From a virus: DNA of 64,000 bases. The number at the start of each line of letters is the position of its first letter. Positions within the stretch are counted from its first letter, which is position 1. The notes under the pieces are model-generated. The model saw only the letters and a program-made list of their open reading frames with translations, was not told where the DNA came from and ran no database searches. The stretch spans positions 86,129 through 150,128 of the IMG/VR virus record IMGVR_UViG_3300013101_002049. One strand, given 5' to 3'. A program made the position numbers and the translations under genes. This document shows positions 20,116 through 30,463 of the stretch, piece after piece.

Positions 20116-22563
20116 ATGGATAAGGGAAAGAAAATTAGAGTTTTTGCGTATTGTGATTCACCAACTTGTGCTACAGGATTTGGTACAGTTTCAAGGAATA
20201 TATTCGAAGGTTTGTATAACACAGGTCGTTACGATATTGATGTGTTTGGAATTAATTATTGGGGTGATCCTCATAATTTTCCGTATCGCATTTGGCCAGC
20301 AGGTACAAATAAAGATAGAGACCCTTATGGTAGGCAAAAAGCAGTAAGTATGATACCTCGTATGCAATTTGATCTATTATTTTTGTTACAGGATTCATTT
20401 ATTATGGATTTTTTGCCCGTTTTGTTGCCTCATATGAAGGAAAATAGCTCTAAATCTTTTAGATCAATACTATATTTTCCGGTGGATTCTGTTTTGAAAG
20501 AGAAGTGGGGTAAAAATATTTCGGATGCTGACACTATCGTTGCTTATTCTGAATTTGGAAAGCAAGAAGCTTTGAAAGTTATGCCTAATCATGAGGATAT
20601 GAAAGTTATACCGCATGGTGTTAATACTCGTGAATTTTATCCACTACCTAAGCATGAAGTTGAAGCTTTTCGTAAAGAATATTTTAAGTCAGAAGCAGAT
20701 AAATTTATTATTACAAATCTTAATCGTAATCAACAACGTAAGGATGTTCCAAGAACTATTCAAGCTTTTAAAGAGTTTAGAAAACAAGTTCCTGAATCTA
20801 TTTTGTATCTTCATATGGCTATGCAAGATCAGGGATGGGATTTACCTGAGATATGTAGACAGATTGGACTGGATATTACTAAGGATGTTATTTTTCCGCA
20901 GAATTTTGGGCCTAATCAAGGTTATCCTCGTGAAATTGTTAATGCATTATATAATTCAAGTGACGTCATTGTAAGTACAACGCTTGGCGAAGGTTTTGGC
21001 CTTTGTTTAAGCCCCGATACTAATGTTTATACATCTAATGGTATTAAGACGATGGACGAATTAACAATAAATGACGCTGTATTATCGTCTAATGGTGAAT
21101 ATAATAATATCGAAGCTATATTATCTAGGGACTACAACGATTATTTGTATGAAATAACTACTTGGTTAAGTAATATACCTATAAAAGCATCGTCAGATCA
21201 CGGTTTCCTAGTATACAATGATGAGTTTGTTTGGAAGAAAGCTTCACAATTAAAAATAGGTGATAAATTGCTTTTTCCGTGTAATTATGCGTATAAAAAT
21301 GAGAATACTACTATTGATGTGCTAGATACTATTTATACATTTTTGAATAAAAGGCAAAAGGATAATATTGTAGTTAAAAATGGCCAGGTTCGTATACAAT
21401 CGAATTTTAAACAAGAAGAAAATTTTATACCGAAATATATAAATATTGATAAAGATTTTTGTAAATTGATGGGTTTGTATTTGGCAGAAGGGTCTTTAAG
21501 TTCTGTTAAGATGGATTCTGTAACATTTTCTTTTAATAAAAATGAAAAGGAGTCTATCGAGTTTGTTATCGCTAAAATGAAAGACGTTTTTGGGCTAGAT
21601 TTTTATGAACTCAAAGATAAACAGTTGAATTATAATGGATATTCTATAAGATTTTATTCTTCCGTAGTTGCATATTTATTTTATGCATTATGTGGCAAAG
21701 GTGCTAGAACAAAGAAAATTTCAACTATATTATTAAATTTAGATAAGCCAATGTTAATTAAATTAGTAGAAGGTGTGTATATTGGTGATGGTAGTTATAG
21801 CGAGTCTCAATATGAAATATCTTTCTCTACAACTTCTAGAGATATAGCTTATAATTTACGTTTGATTTTGTCACGTCTTGGTATATTATCATCTGTACGT
21901 ACTTCTAGAGTAGAATATAAAGTGAATGTTAGTGGTGTGTCGCGAGAAAATTTGCAAAAACTATTTGGTATGAATGTTGTTAAGGTTGATAGAACAAGAG
22001 CAAATGAGCGGGCTTCTATAAGTGATGAGTATTTAATATTACCGGTAAAGAATATTGATAAAGTACATTATAAAGGAAAACTTATAGATATTCAAGTAGC
22101 AAATACTAATGATTTTGTTGCTGAAAATGTTATTGTTCATAATTCGTGGATTGAAGCCATGGCTACTAAAGTACCAATTGTTATGCCAAATAATACAGCT
22201 ATGTCGGAATTTATTACTGAGGACAGGGGGTATCTTGTTAATAGCGGCAGCAATCCAAGTTTATGGACAGTAATTCCACATGATAATGAAGTTATGCGTC
22301 CATTAGTAGATGTTGATGATATGGTGAAAACTCTAGTTCATATTTATAATAATAGAGATGAAGCACGTACTAAAGCTGAAAATGCTTATAAATGGATTGT
22401 TAATGAGATGGATTGGCAGCGGGGTATTGTACCGCGATGGGTTGATGTTTTTGACGAAGCTTATGAATTGATTCAGAGAGAGGATAAAGAGCATAGTGAG
22501 GATGTAGAAGCACTTGTTGACCAATTAGGTAAGAAAAAAATTATTGAGTCGGAGGAATTATAA
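20116..22563 (+). CDS. GT4-family glycosyltransferase containing an intein
   Basis: TGFG, PHGV, NRNQQRKD; EGFGL|SWIEAMA reconstituted after removing the intein. Confidence 0.85.
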   Translation: MDKGKKIRVFAYCDSPTCATGFGTVSRNIFEGLYNTGRYDIDVFGINYWGDPHNFPYRIWPAGTNKDRDPYGRQKAVSMIPRMQFDLLFLLQDSFIMDFLPVLLPHMKENSSKSFRSILYFPVDSVLKEKWGKNISDADTIVAYSEFGKQEALKVMPNHEDMKVIPHGVNTREFYPLPKHEVEAFRKEYFKSEADKFIITNLNRNQQRKDVPRTIQAFKEFRKQVPESILYLHMAMQDQGWDLPEICRQIGLDITKDVIFPQNFGPNQGYPREIVNALYNSSDVIVSTTLGEGFGLCLSPDTNVYTSNGIKTMDELTINDAVLSSNGEYNNIEAILSRDYNDYLYEITTWLSNIPIKASSDHGFLVYNDEFVWKKASQLKIGDKLLFPCNYAYKNENTTIDVLDTIYTFLNKRQKDNIVVKNGQVRIQSNFKQEENFIPKYINIDKDFCKLMGLYLAEGSLSSVKMDSVTFSFNKNEKESIEFVIAKMKDVFGLDFYELKDKQLNYNGYSIRFYSSVVAYLFYALCGKGARTKKISTILLNLDKPMLIKLVEGVYIGDGSYSESQYEISFSTTSRDIAYNLRLILSRLGILSSVRTSRVEYKVNVSGVSRENLQKLFGMNVVKVDRTRANERASISDEYLILPVKNIDKVHYKGKLIDIQVANTNDFVAENVIVHNSWIEAMATKVPIVMPNNTAMSEFITEDRGYLVNSGSNPSLWTVIPHDNEVMRPLVDVDDMVKTLVHIYNNRDEARTKAENAYKWIVNEMDWQRGIVPRWVDVFDEAYELIQREDKEHSEDVEALVDQLGKKKIIESEEL
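21004..22143 (+). mobile_element. intein with LAGLIDADG homing endonuclease (380 aa)
   Basis: Starts CLSPDT, ends IVHN followed by Ser; GLYLAEGS and GVYIGDGS blocks. Confidence 0.92.
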
Positions 22564-23682
22564 ATGGAGATACGGGGTATTAAATATGTAGGCCCTATAT
22601 TTGATGTGTCTGGTTATGGGCAAGCAGCTAGAGGGTATGCTTTGTCATTACATAAATTGGGAATTCCTTTGACTATTGATTCTGTATCTTTTGAAGAGGG
22701 GTTGGCTGATTTTGGAGAAACTAGTCGTATTTTAGCTCCTCTTGTAGATAAAAATATAGATTATAATATAGTAATTATCCATCTAACTGCTAATTTATTT
22801 TGTTCTAAGGCTGAACCTGGTAAAATGAATATAGGTTATTTTGTGTGGGAAACCGATAAAGTTCATGAGGAATGGGTGGAAGAGGCCAATAAAAGTGTAA
22901 GTTTTGTGATGACTGCTTCTCAATGGGGAGCAGATATATTTAGAAAATCTGGTATAACTGTGCCGGTGGCTGCTATTCCTCATGGGATTGATGCTGATGA
23001 ATTTGTTGATGTTGACCCATATACTGTTGCTGGTGTAAAACAGAATGCTTATAAATTTTATGGAATATTTCAATTTACTGAACGTAAGCACCCGATGGCA
23101 TTAATTAAATCATATTGGAGTGCTTTTCAAAATAATGAAAATGTAGCTCTTATTTTGAAAACGTATCGTAATGGATTTGCGGATAGTGAAAAAGAGGCTA
23201 TACGAGCAACAATAAAAAGATTAAAAAAAGTAACTAATATGCCTATATACCCACCTATATATTTAATATCTGAACGTTTGGATAGATCTGAACTATTAGG
23301 ACTTCATAAAACATGTGATTGTTTGGTTCATTTGGATCGTGGGGAAGGTTTTGGTTTGGTGCCTTTTGAAGCTGGTGTATGCGGCAATCCTATATTAATT
23401 ACTGGATGGGGCGGTGCACTAGAATATGCTAAGGAAGATAATAGTTATTTAGTTAATTATACTCTTACGCCAGTATTTGGCATGCCTTGGTCACCATGGT
23501 ATTCTGGAAATCAGTTATGGGCTGAACCGGATTGTGGCCACGCGATTGAATTACTGCGTGAAATTTATAATAATCAGGGTGAAGCACGTATCCGTGGTGA
23601 GAAACTGAAACAATATATTATTGATAATTTTAGTTGGGAAAATGTTGGTAGTAAAATAATAGAAACAATAAAGTCTTTGTAG
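22564..23682 (+). CDS. GT4-family glycosyltransferase
   Basis: SGYG, WETD, PHGID, ERKH, RGEGFGLVPFEA. Confidence 0.85.
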   Translation: MEIRGIKYVGPIFDVSGYGQAARGYALSLHKLGIPLTIDSVSFEEGLADFGETSRILAPLVDKNIDYNIVIIHLTANLFCSKAEPGKMNIGYFVWETDKVHEEWVEEANKSVSFVMTASQWGADIFRKSGITVPVAAIPHGIDADEFVDVDPYTVAGVKQNAYKFYGIFQFTERKHPMALIKSYWSAFQNNENVALILKTYRNGFADSEKEAIRATIKRLKKVTNMPIYPPIYLISERLDRSELLGLHKTCDCLVHLDRGEGFGLVPFEAGVCGNPILITGWGGALEYAKEDNSYLVNYTLTPVFGMPWSPWYSGNQLWAEPDCGHAIELLREIYNNQGEARIRGEKLKQYIIDNFSWENVGSKIIETIKSL

Positions 23683-23692
23683 GAGATTAGAA

Positions 23693-24610
23693 ATGAATGT
23701 AATAATGAGACCAGTTTGGAATAGACCTGAGATGCTTTATTTATCAATGGAAGCTGAGCTGGAAGCTCGTAAGCACCATGAGTTTTCGAATGATTTACTA
23801 ACAGTTTTTGTTTTGGATCATGGGTATAATGAAAAAGTATTAGAAATAGTTGAGAGTTATCCTGAGCCAAAAAAAATTATTAAAAGACAAAAGCGCTTAG
23901 GCTTAACCGTTAATATACTTGAAGGTATGAAAGAATCATTTACACATGCTGATGATTACATTATTTATATAGAAGATGATATGGTGGTGCACAAGACTTA
24001 TTTTCAGTTTTTGGATGTACTTATGAATTTAGTAAAACCAGAAGAATATTCTGTGATTATAGGTCATAGTAAAGGTATTCAGAACAAAGGCCGCAAAAAT
24101 TTTGATCCTCCTAATGTGGATTTAAATGTGGTGGTGAAAGACCATGTGTATGCAGCTTTCGCTAGTTTGATAAGAAAAGAATTTTTTAATAATTATATTT
24201 TACCTTGTATTGGACCGACGTATTATAAAAATTTTGGTACGAGAGATAAATTTGTCACTGCTTTGGGAACTAAATATCAACAAGATAAGCGATTTAAATA
24301 TAAAGGTAAATCTATGCATGCTCATAATGAGCAAGCTGGTTTAATTAATCGTTTGGTTGATGTAGCATTAATTGAAGAAGGTAAATGTACTTTAAGACCT
24401 GTTGCTACAAGAACTATACATATAGGAGTGTATGGAAAAAATCGACCTGGCAATATACCTGGGAAAGATTTTAACGAACGGCTATCATTACTTAGACATG
24501 CGGTAGAAAACAATAAGTTGTATGATTTAACTAGATCTAAACAATATGATGACTATGAAGGATTTTCGCCGAGATTAGATGAATGGGATGGGACTTTATA
24601 TGTCAAATAG
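23693..24610 (+). CDS. GT-A fold glycosyltransferase (GT2-like)
   Basis: PVWNRPE, FVLD, YIEDD, HIGVYG. Confidence 0.65.
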   Translation: MNVIMRPVWNRPEMLYLSMEAELEARKHHEFSNDLLTVFVLDHGYNEKVLEIVESYPEPKKIIKRQKRLGLTVNILEGMKESFTHADDYIIYIEDDMVVHKTYFQFLDVLMNLVKPEEYSVIIGHSKGIQNKGRKNFDPPNVDLNVVVKDHVYAAFASLIRKEFFNNYILPCIGPTYYKNFGTRDKFVTALGTKYQQDKRFKYKGKSMHAHNEQAGLINRLVDVALIEEGKCTLRPVATRTIHIGVYGKNRPGNIPGKDFNERLSLLRHAVENNKLYDLTRSKQYDDYEGFSPRLDEWDGTLYVK

Positions 24611-25472
24611 AATACTTTTTTGTACTGGTGAAGGCGTTGGAAATGTTATTCAAACTATACCTGTACTTCGTACTTTAAGAGAATCACTAGGGGTTAAAAT
24701 AGATTTTTGGTATGTTTATGGTACTTTTCAATTGCCTAAGATAATTCCATATGTTGATAAATGGATAGTTGGCAATCAGATTCGAAACATGGATATGAAT
24801 AGATATGTTGGCGCTGTATCTACTAAATGGACAAGGAAGCATATTAAAAATTTACCTATTCCTATTCTAAATAAGATTTCTGATTTAAGTATGGTAAGAT
24901 CAGAAGTCGATTGTTATATGGATATTGCACGAAGTTTAAAAGTAAACGATGAGGATTTATTATGGTGGGGTAAATGTAATTATAATAGATCTGACGAATT
25001 TTATGATGTAGTGATACATAACGGTTATAATTTTAAAGGATCTTCTGATTGGAAGTTAAAAAGTTATCCAAGATATAAAGAAGTGGTGAAATTATTATCT
25101 GGAGATGTATCTTTATGTTCAGTGGGCAGTAAAGGTGAACATATTAAAGGTACGATAGATAAAACCGGTTTGAATATTCTAGATAGTTTAGGCATAATTA
25201 AAAATGCTAAAGTATTTTTGGGTAATGATAGCGGATTATATCATTGTGCGAATGCATTAGATGTGCCAAATTTAGTGATATTTACTTATACGTCTACAGA
25301 AAAAAATTATGACAAAAGATTTCATAGAAAAGCTAAAATAATATGCAGGAAAGATTTAGAATGTAGATGGTGCCAATGTGAACCAAGATTTAAAACCTGT
25401 AAGACAAGAGAATGTAGAAATATAGAACCTAAATTGATAGTAGATGTTGTATTGGAGAAATTAAATGGATAA
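24600..25472 (+). CDS. GT9 / heptosyltransferase-like glycosyltransferase
   Basis: GVGNVIQTIP, KSYPRY, GNDSGLYHCANAL, C-terminal CRWCQC...C...C; start at ATG 24600. Confidence 0.8.
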   Translation: MSNRILFCTGEGVGNVIQTIPVLRTLRESLGVKIDFWYVYGTFQLPKIIPYVDKWIVGNQIRNMDMNRYVGAVSTKWTRKHIKNLPIPILNKISDLSMVRSEVDCYMDIARSLKVNDEDLLWWGKCNYNRSDEFYDVVIHNGYNFKGSSDWKLKSYPRYKEVVKLLSGDVSLCSVGSKGEHIKGTIDKTGLNILDSLGIIKNAKVFLGNDSGLYHCANALDVPNLVIFTYTSTEKNYDKRFHRKAKIICRKDLECRWCQCEPRFKTCKTRECRNIEPKLIVDVVLEKLNG

Positions 25473-26145
25473 ATGTTTGGGTTTTGGTGGACTTGGTGAT
25501 TGTTTTATAGTAGGATTAAAATTGATGGAATATCCTAATGAATATGTATATGTGCATATAGATAATTCTAAATCAAGATTAACATCTTCTATGTATTTAA
25601 TGGAACATTTAGGTATACCTGCTATTGGGAAGGTAGTAAAAAATATTAAACGGTGGTGGTATACAAACCATAATCAATTTGATAAATGTTTTAATGTGTT
25701 TGCTAATGGGTATATTGATATACCAAAAAGGGATTACCATTGGGAACCTTGTAGAGATGAAGGATATAAAAATCCATATAGAAAAGAATTAAAAACGAAA
25801 ACAGATTTTATAGCAGTACAAATTAATTCTGGTGGGCAGAGAAGTTATAAATATAAGCCAATAATTGAATATGTTTATGCAAATTATGATAGAAATAAAA
25901 TACTATGGTTTGGCACTGATACAGAATTTCATGCTGAATATGGAACAAATTATTGTGGGAAAATAGATTTTATTTCAGCGTTAGAAAAAATATCTGAATG
26001 TAAATATTTTGTTGGTTTTAATAGTGTGTTACTTTATTGGTCATTGTGGAATAAATTAGATTGTTTTTTATTTACAGATCATCAAGGTAAAGAGGATTTA
26101 CGAATACATAAAGAGTGGAAAAAACATTTGGAGTTTGATATATGA
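25465..26145 (+). CDS. divergent GT9-like glycosyltransferase
   Basis: GGLGD N-terminal motif; YFVGFNS corresponds to the GT9 GxDS motif. Confidence 0.5.
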   Translation: MDKCLGFGGLGDCFIVGLKLMEYPNEYVYVHIDNSKSRLTSSMYLMEHLGIPAIGKVVKNIKRWWYTNHNQFDKCFNVFANGYIDIPKRDYHWEPCRDEGYKNPYRKELKTKTDFIAVQINSGGQRSYKYKPIIEYVYANYDRNKILWFGTDTEFHAEYGTNYCGKIDFISALEKISECKYFVGFNSVLLYWSLWNKLDCFLFTDHQGKEDLRIHKEWKKHLEFDI

Positions 26146-26777
26146 AAATTCTTATAATAGGCTTTCAACGAGGTGGTACTACATTACTTAGGCGATTGAT
26201 GCATAATCATCCGGATGTACAATGTATGATTCATGAGAAGCGCATTTTAAATCGTAAAGATAATGGGGAATCGTTATTAAATGATTTAGACATAGATAAA
26301 ACTGGAAATTGGGGTGAGAAAGTACCGTGGAATTCTTCAGATGGATCTGAAATAATAATTTATGGTAAGAAATGGTTAGAAGAATTCGGGGATGAAGCCA
26401 GGATAGTTCATATAGTAAGACATCCGGTTGATAGTGGGTTGTCAAATCAAAGACTTGGTTGGATGCAACTAAACAGAGCTGTGGATAATGCTCAAAAATC
26501 TATACCTTTAGTAATAAACGCTTTTAAAAATGATAATAGATATTTGGCTATTGCTTTTGAAGATTTAGTTACTAATCCAGAAAAAGTATTGAAAAAAATA
26601 TTTAAGTTTTGCGTACTTAATGATGACGGGGCTTCCAGAGATATAAGTAATTTAAAAAAGAAAGATTTAAGATACTATGATGGTATAAAAGCTAGTAAAG
26701 CATATGAATATAAAAAGGTAGATAATTTGAATTGTAAAATACCTGATTATAGTAAAATACTGGAGTTAATAAAATGA
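26142..26777 (+). CDS. sulfotransferase
   Basis: 5'-PSB loop GFQRGGTTLL, WGEKVP, 3'-PB VRHPVDSGLS, FEDLV. Confidence 0.8.
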   Translation: MKILIIGFQRGGTTLLRRLMHNHPDVQCMIHEKRILNRKDNGESLLNDLDIDKTGNWGEKVPWNSSDGSEIIIYGKKWLEEFGDEARIVHIVRHPVDSGLSNQRLGWMQLNRAVDNAQKSIPLVINAFKNDNRYLAIAFEDLVTNPEKVLKKIFKFCVLNDDGASRDISNLKKKDLRYYDGIKASKAYEYKKVDNLNCKIPDYSKILELIK

Positions 26778-27751
26778 AGTATTTAATGTTGCGTGGCCAG
26801 GTACCAATTGATCGTGATCCAAAAGAGATAGTATTTGAATATTTAGAAGACATTGATGATGTTTGGACACAATTATTTTATGCTATATTAGATAAGGATG
26901 ATGAAGGTGAATTATGGTATTGGGGTGGTACACGAGAAAAAAAATTTACAGCGAATTTTGTAGAGCGCTGGGTACCAAATTATGACCAATACAAGACGAG
27001 TTTTATTCCTGATGTAATATTTTGTCGTGGGGGATTTCCAGAATATCATGTAGTTCTTCGAAGATTTCCTAACTCTATAAAGATTTATTATGGGGCTGGT
27101 AGAAGATTTTTACCCCAACCCGGTTTTTATGATTATGATATCATTTTGCAAGATTCACCAGAACAAGTACTGGAATGTCGAGAAAAATTTCCTAAAGCAT
27201 TGACTACATTATTTATTAAGCCAGCGGCTGATAATATATTTTATCCGATGCCTCATATTAAAAAAGAATATGATATTTGTTTTCCTGCTAATGCGGCTCA
27301 AACTTTTAAAGGTCATAAATTTGTGTATGACACTGTGCCAAGTGATATGACATTGTTAAATCTTGGTAATCGAAATGATAGATATAAGTACCCAGCCAAT
27401 GTTACTTCTTATAGAGTGTTAAGACCCAAAATGGCTGAAAATATAGCTAAATGTAAAGTGGGTATAGTAGCAGTTCAAAGTGAAATAGATTCATGCCCTA
27501 GAGTAATTCCAGAAATGTTAGCATGCGGCATTCCTATTGTCGCACTTGATAGAGTCCGGTTTTGGCGAGATAAATATATAGTCACTAGTGTTACTGGTGA
27601 ATTAACTACGTTGAATAAATTCTGGATAAAAGTAAGATTTGTACTTGATAATTTAGAAGAGTATGTACCGAGAAAATATTATGAAAATAATTTATCACTT
27701 GACTATGCTGCTAGATTTATAAAGGAGAAGATAAATGAAGTTAGCATTTAA
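26774..27751 (+). CDS. GT-B glycosyltransferase (GT4-like)
   Basis: FKGH; DSCPRVIPEMLACGIPIV. Confidence 0.7.
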   Translation: MKYLMLRGQVPIDRDPKEIVFEYLEDIDDVWTQLFYAILDKDDEGELWYWGGTREKKFTANFVERWVPNYDQYKTSFIPDVIFCRGGFPEYHVVLRRFPNSIKIYYGAGRRFLPQPGFYDYDIILQDSPEQVLECREKFPKALTTLFIKPAADNIFYPMPHIKKEYDICFPANAAQTFKGHKFVYDTVPSDMTLLNLGNRNDRYKYPANVTSYRVLRPKMAENIAKCKVGIVAVQSEIDSCPRVIPEMLACGIPIVALDRVRFWRDKYIVTSVTGELTTLNKFWIKVRFVLDNLEEYVPRKYYENNLSLDYAARFIKEKINEVSI

Positions 27752-28685
27752 CGGATTAAATAGCGGATTAGGTAATAATGGTGGATCAAGAACAATTATT
27801 AAATGTTGTGAAGTTTTAAATAGTTTGGGACATAGTTGTGATATAATTGCTAATGTAGATAATTTTTCATGGTTTGATCATAAACCAGTTATAAATTATT
27901 TACCAACCAATTTGGATGCCATTATTTCAATAGCTGCTGTAGATGTACCACTTACTTTAAGAATAGCAGTCCCAGTTAAAGCTTGGTATATTAGAGGACA
28001 TGAATCATGGGCTAATCCAGAGCATCTTTTGGTGGATTATTATAAAAATGAAAATATTTTGAATGTAGTAAATTCAAATGGACTTAAACAATTATTGTCT
28101 ACGTGGGGCGCTGATTCCTATGTCATTTATCAAGGCATTGATTTTGATTGGTGGGAAGATAGAAAGTTACGTAAGGATGGTATAATACGTATAGGATGTT
28201 TATACGGATCAAAACTTACTAAACGTTGGCAAGATTTTGTTAAACTTCATAGCATACTTGGTGATGAAAAATATGAATACGTATCTATTGGAGACGTTAA
28301 ACCTAAATCGAATTTTATAAAAAAATCATGGGCTAATATAAATCATGATGAACTTTGTAATGTTTATAGTTCTTGTGATATATGGTTTGCACCTACTGAA
28401 CTAGAAGGTCTTCATAATGTTCCTATTGAGGCTGCTCTATGTGGATGTTTGATAGTGTGTGGTGATGAGCCTATGAATGGGATGATATATGATTATGCTT
28501 TTCCTAATAATACCGCAATGGTTTATGACAGGAAAGACATTAAGCATGCTGCTGAACTTATTAAAAATCCTAATTGGGAATTAATTGGTAGAATGCAAAA
28601 ACATATTAAAGAAAATATAGGATCACGCGAGACTAATATAAAGAAACTTGTGAAGTTATTGGAGATGACTGATGAAACTATATAA
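27735..28685 (+). CDS. GT4-like glycosyltransferase
   Basis: NGGSRTI; EGLHNVPIEAALCG. Confidence 0.75.
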   Translation: MKLAFNGLNSGLGNNGGSRTIIKCCEVLNSLGHSCDIIANVDNFSWFDHKPVINYLPTNLDAIISIAAVDVPLTLRIAVPVKAWYIRGHESWANPEHLLVDYYKNENILNVVNSNGLKQLLSTWGADSYVIYQGIDFDWWEDRKLRKDGIIRIGCLYGSKLTKRWQDFVKLHSILGDEKYEYVSIGDVKPKSNFIKKSWANINHDELCNVYSSCDIWFAPTELEGLHNVPIEAALCGCLIVCGDEPMNGMIYDYAFPNNTAMVYDRKDIKHAAELIKNPNWELIGRMQKHIKENIGSRETNIKKLVKLLEMTDETI

Positions 28686-29241
28686 ACATAAAGATTATGA
28701 TAATTATAAAGCAGCCCAAATAGATAAAAATGTAAGAAAGTTAAAAAATATATGGGTTAAACCGAAAGAGATATCTTTAGTGGTCGGACATATAAATAAA
28801 TACATCCCTAATGCTAAATTTGGTATATGTCATGGTGTGAGAAATGCGTGGGAAGTTAAACAGTTTAGGAAATTATTAAATATAAATGTTATTGGCACTG
28901 ATATAGCACCATCGGTATCTAAATTTGAACATACACTAGAATGGGATTTTCATGAGGTAAAAGAAGAATGGGTTGGTAATGTGGATTTTATATATAGTAA
29001 TTCTTTCGATCATTCTTATGACCCTGGTATGTGTTTAGATAAATGGATGAGTTGCTTAACTAAAGATGGTATATGTTATATACATTGGATGAAAACTAAT
29101 GAAACTAAAATTGATGCTGCTGATTGTTTTGCAGCTTATCAAAAGGAATATCGAAAGATGTTTAATAAAAAATATAAGGTTATAGCTGAATTACCTAGTG
29201 CGGGGGGAACTCGTGTTATTTTTGCTATAAAGTCTAAATAA
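28672..29241 (+). CDS. SAM-dependent methyltransferase-like protein
   Basis: CHGVRN, GTDI, DFIYSNSFDH. Confidence 0.6.
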   Translation: MKLYKHKDYDNYKAAQIDKNVRKLKNIWVKPKEISLVVGHINKYIPNAKFGICHGVRNAWEVKQFRKLLNINVIGTDIAPSVSKFEHTLEWDFHEVKEEWVGNVDFIYSNSFDHSYDPGMCLDKWMSCLTKDGICYIHWMKTNETKIDAADCFAAYQKEYRKMFNKKYKVIAELPSAGGTRVIFAIKSK

Positions 29242-29258
29242 AGAGGTAGGATTTAAAG

Positions 29259-29990
29259 ATGTGGGATCAATTAAGAGATATAAAGATGACAAGAAGTATA
29301 GATAATCTTGAAGAAGGCTGTTTAACTTTCGCTAAGACAGAAAAGCATTTACAAAAACTTAAAAATATAAATTTAAAGATTAGTGTTATGGTTCCTCATG
29401 ATATTGATTCTTCTGGTTTGCCTTCTAGCGTAAATATATATAAAGTAAGAAAGGGTGAAAATCTTAAAAATGTTTTTATACGTATCCATAATAGAATAAA
29501 TAAATATGTAGATCCAAAAGAGAATATTATAAGTTCTAAGGCAATTATTGATCCAACCGCGATAATTGGAATACCTGGAAATAATATAACCAAAATGGCT
29601 AATGGTCGAATAATTAATATGAAACATATGGGTAATGTTATAATCGAAGACTATGTTGAGGTACAGGCTTTATCAATTGTGCATAGATCTGTTTTTGATT
29701 CAACAATTATAAGAAAAAATGCACAAATTTTTGCAAAAGTTAACATTGGACATAATTGTGATATAGGAGAAAGCACTATTATTTGCCCAGGAAGTTTATT
29801 AGCTGGTGGAACTAAGGTTGGAAGTAATTGTTATATATGGCAAGGTGTTATAACTAGAAGTAATATATCTATATGTGATAATGTGATAATTGGAGCTGGG
29901 TCTTTAGTGTTAGATGATATTAAAAAACCTGGAGTTTATTTTGGAAGTCCGGTTAAATATATAAAACCTTATGATGAGGAAATACGATGA
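29259..29990 (+). CDS. LpxD-like hexapeptide-repeat acyltransferase
   Basis: GNVIIED, IGHNCDIG and other hexapeptide repeats, GSPVK. Confidence 0.75.
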   Translation: MWDQLRDIKMTRSIDNLEEGCLTFAKTEKHLQKLKNINLKISVMVPHDIDSSGLPSSVNIYKVRKGENLKNVFIRIHNRINKYVDPKENIISSKAIIDPTAIIGIPGNNITKMANGRIINMKHMGNVIIEDYVEVQALSIVHRSVFDSTIIRKNAQIFAKVNIGHNCDIGESTIICPGSLLAGGTKVGSNCYIWQGVITRSNISICDNVIIGAGSLVLDDIKKPGVYFGSPVKYIKPYDEEIR

Positions 29991-30463
29991 ATATAATTGG
30001 TAATAAATTTGAACATGGAGAAGAATTTGAAATAGGTTATTTTAATGTAATTGGTAATAATGTTAAAGTGGGTAGTTATGTAAAGATTGGCCATCATTGT
30101 ATAATTGAGGATAATGTAGAAATTGCGGATAACGTTATACTTCAAGGAAATATTAAAATAGCTGAAGGAGCAGTTATTGGTAATAATTGCGTATTAAAGC
30201 ACGGTACTATTTTAACAAATAAAACAACCCTTAAAGATGACGTTTTTATGGGGCCTAATACGATTACACTTGGAGGCACACATGAAAGAAAAACTGAGCA
30301 TGGTACTATCATAGGAAATAGATGTTATATTGGTGGAGGTACTCAAATAGCCGCAAATAAAAAATTATGTGATGATGTAACGGTCGGAGCCCTTTCATTT
30401 GTTAATAGAAATATAGTTAAACCTGGACTATATGTTGGTATTCCTGTAAGGAGTCTTCGATGA
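29987..30463 (+). CDS. hexapeptide-repeat (LbH) acetyltransferase
   Basis: Continuous I/V-G-x-x hexapeptide repeats; GIPVR C-terminus. Confidence 0.75.
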   Translation: MNIIGNKFEHGEEFEIGYFNVIGNNVKVGSYVKIGHHCIIEDNVEIADNVILQGNIKIAEGAVIGNNCVLKHGTILTNKTTLKDDVFMGPNTITLGGTHERKTEHGTIIGNRCYIGGGTQIAANKKLCDDVTVGALSFVNRNIVKPGLYVGIPVRSLR

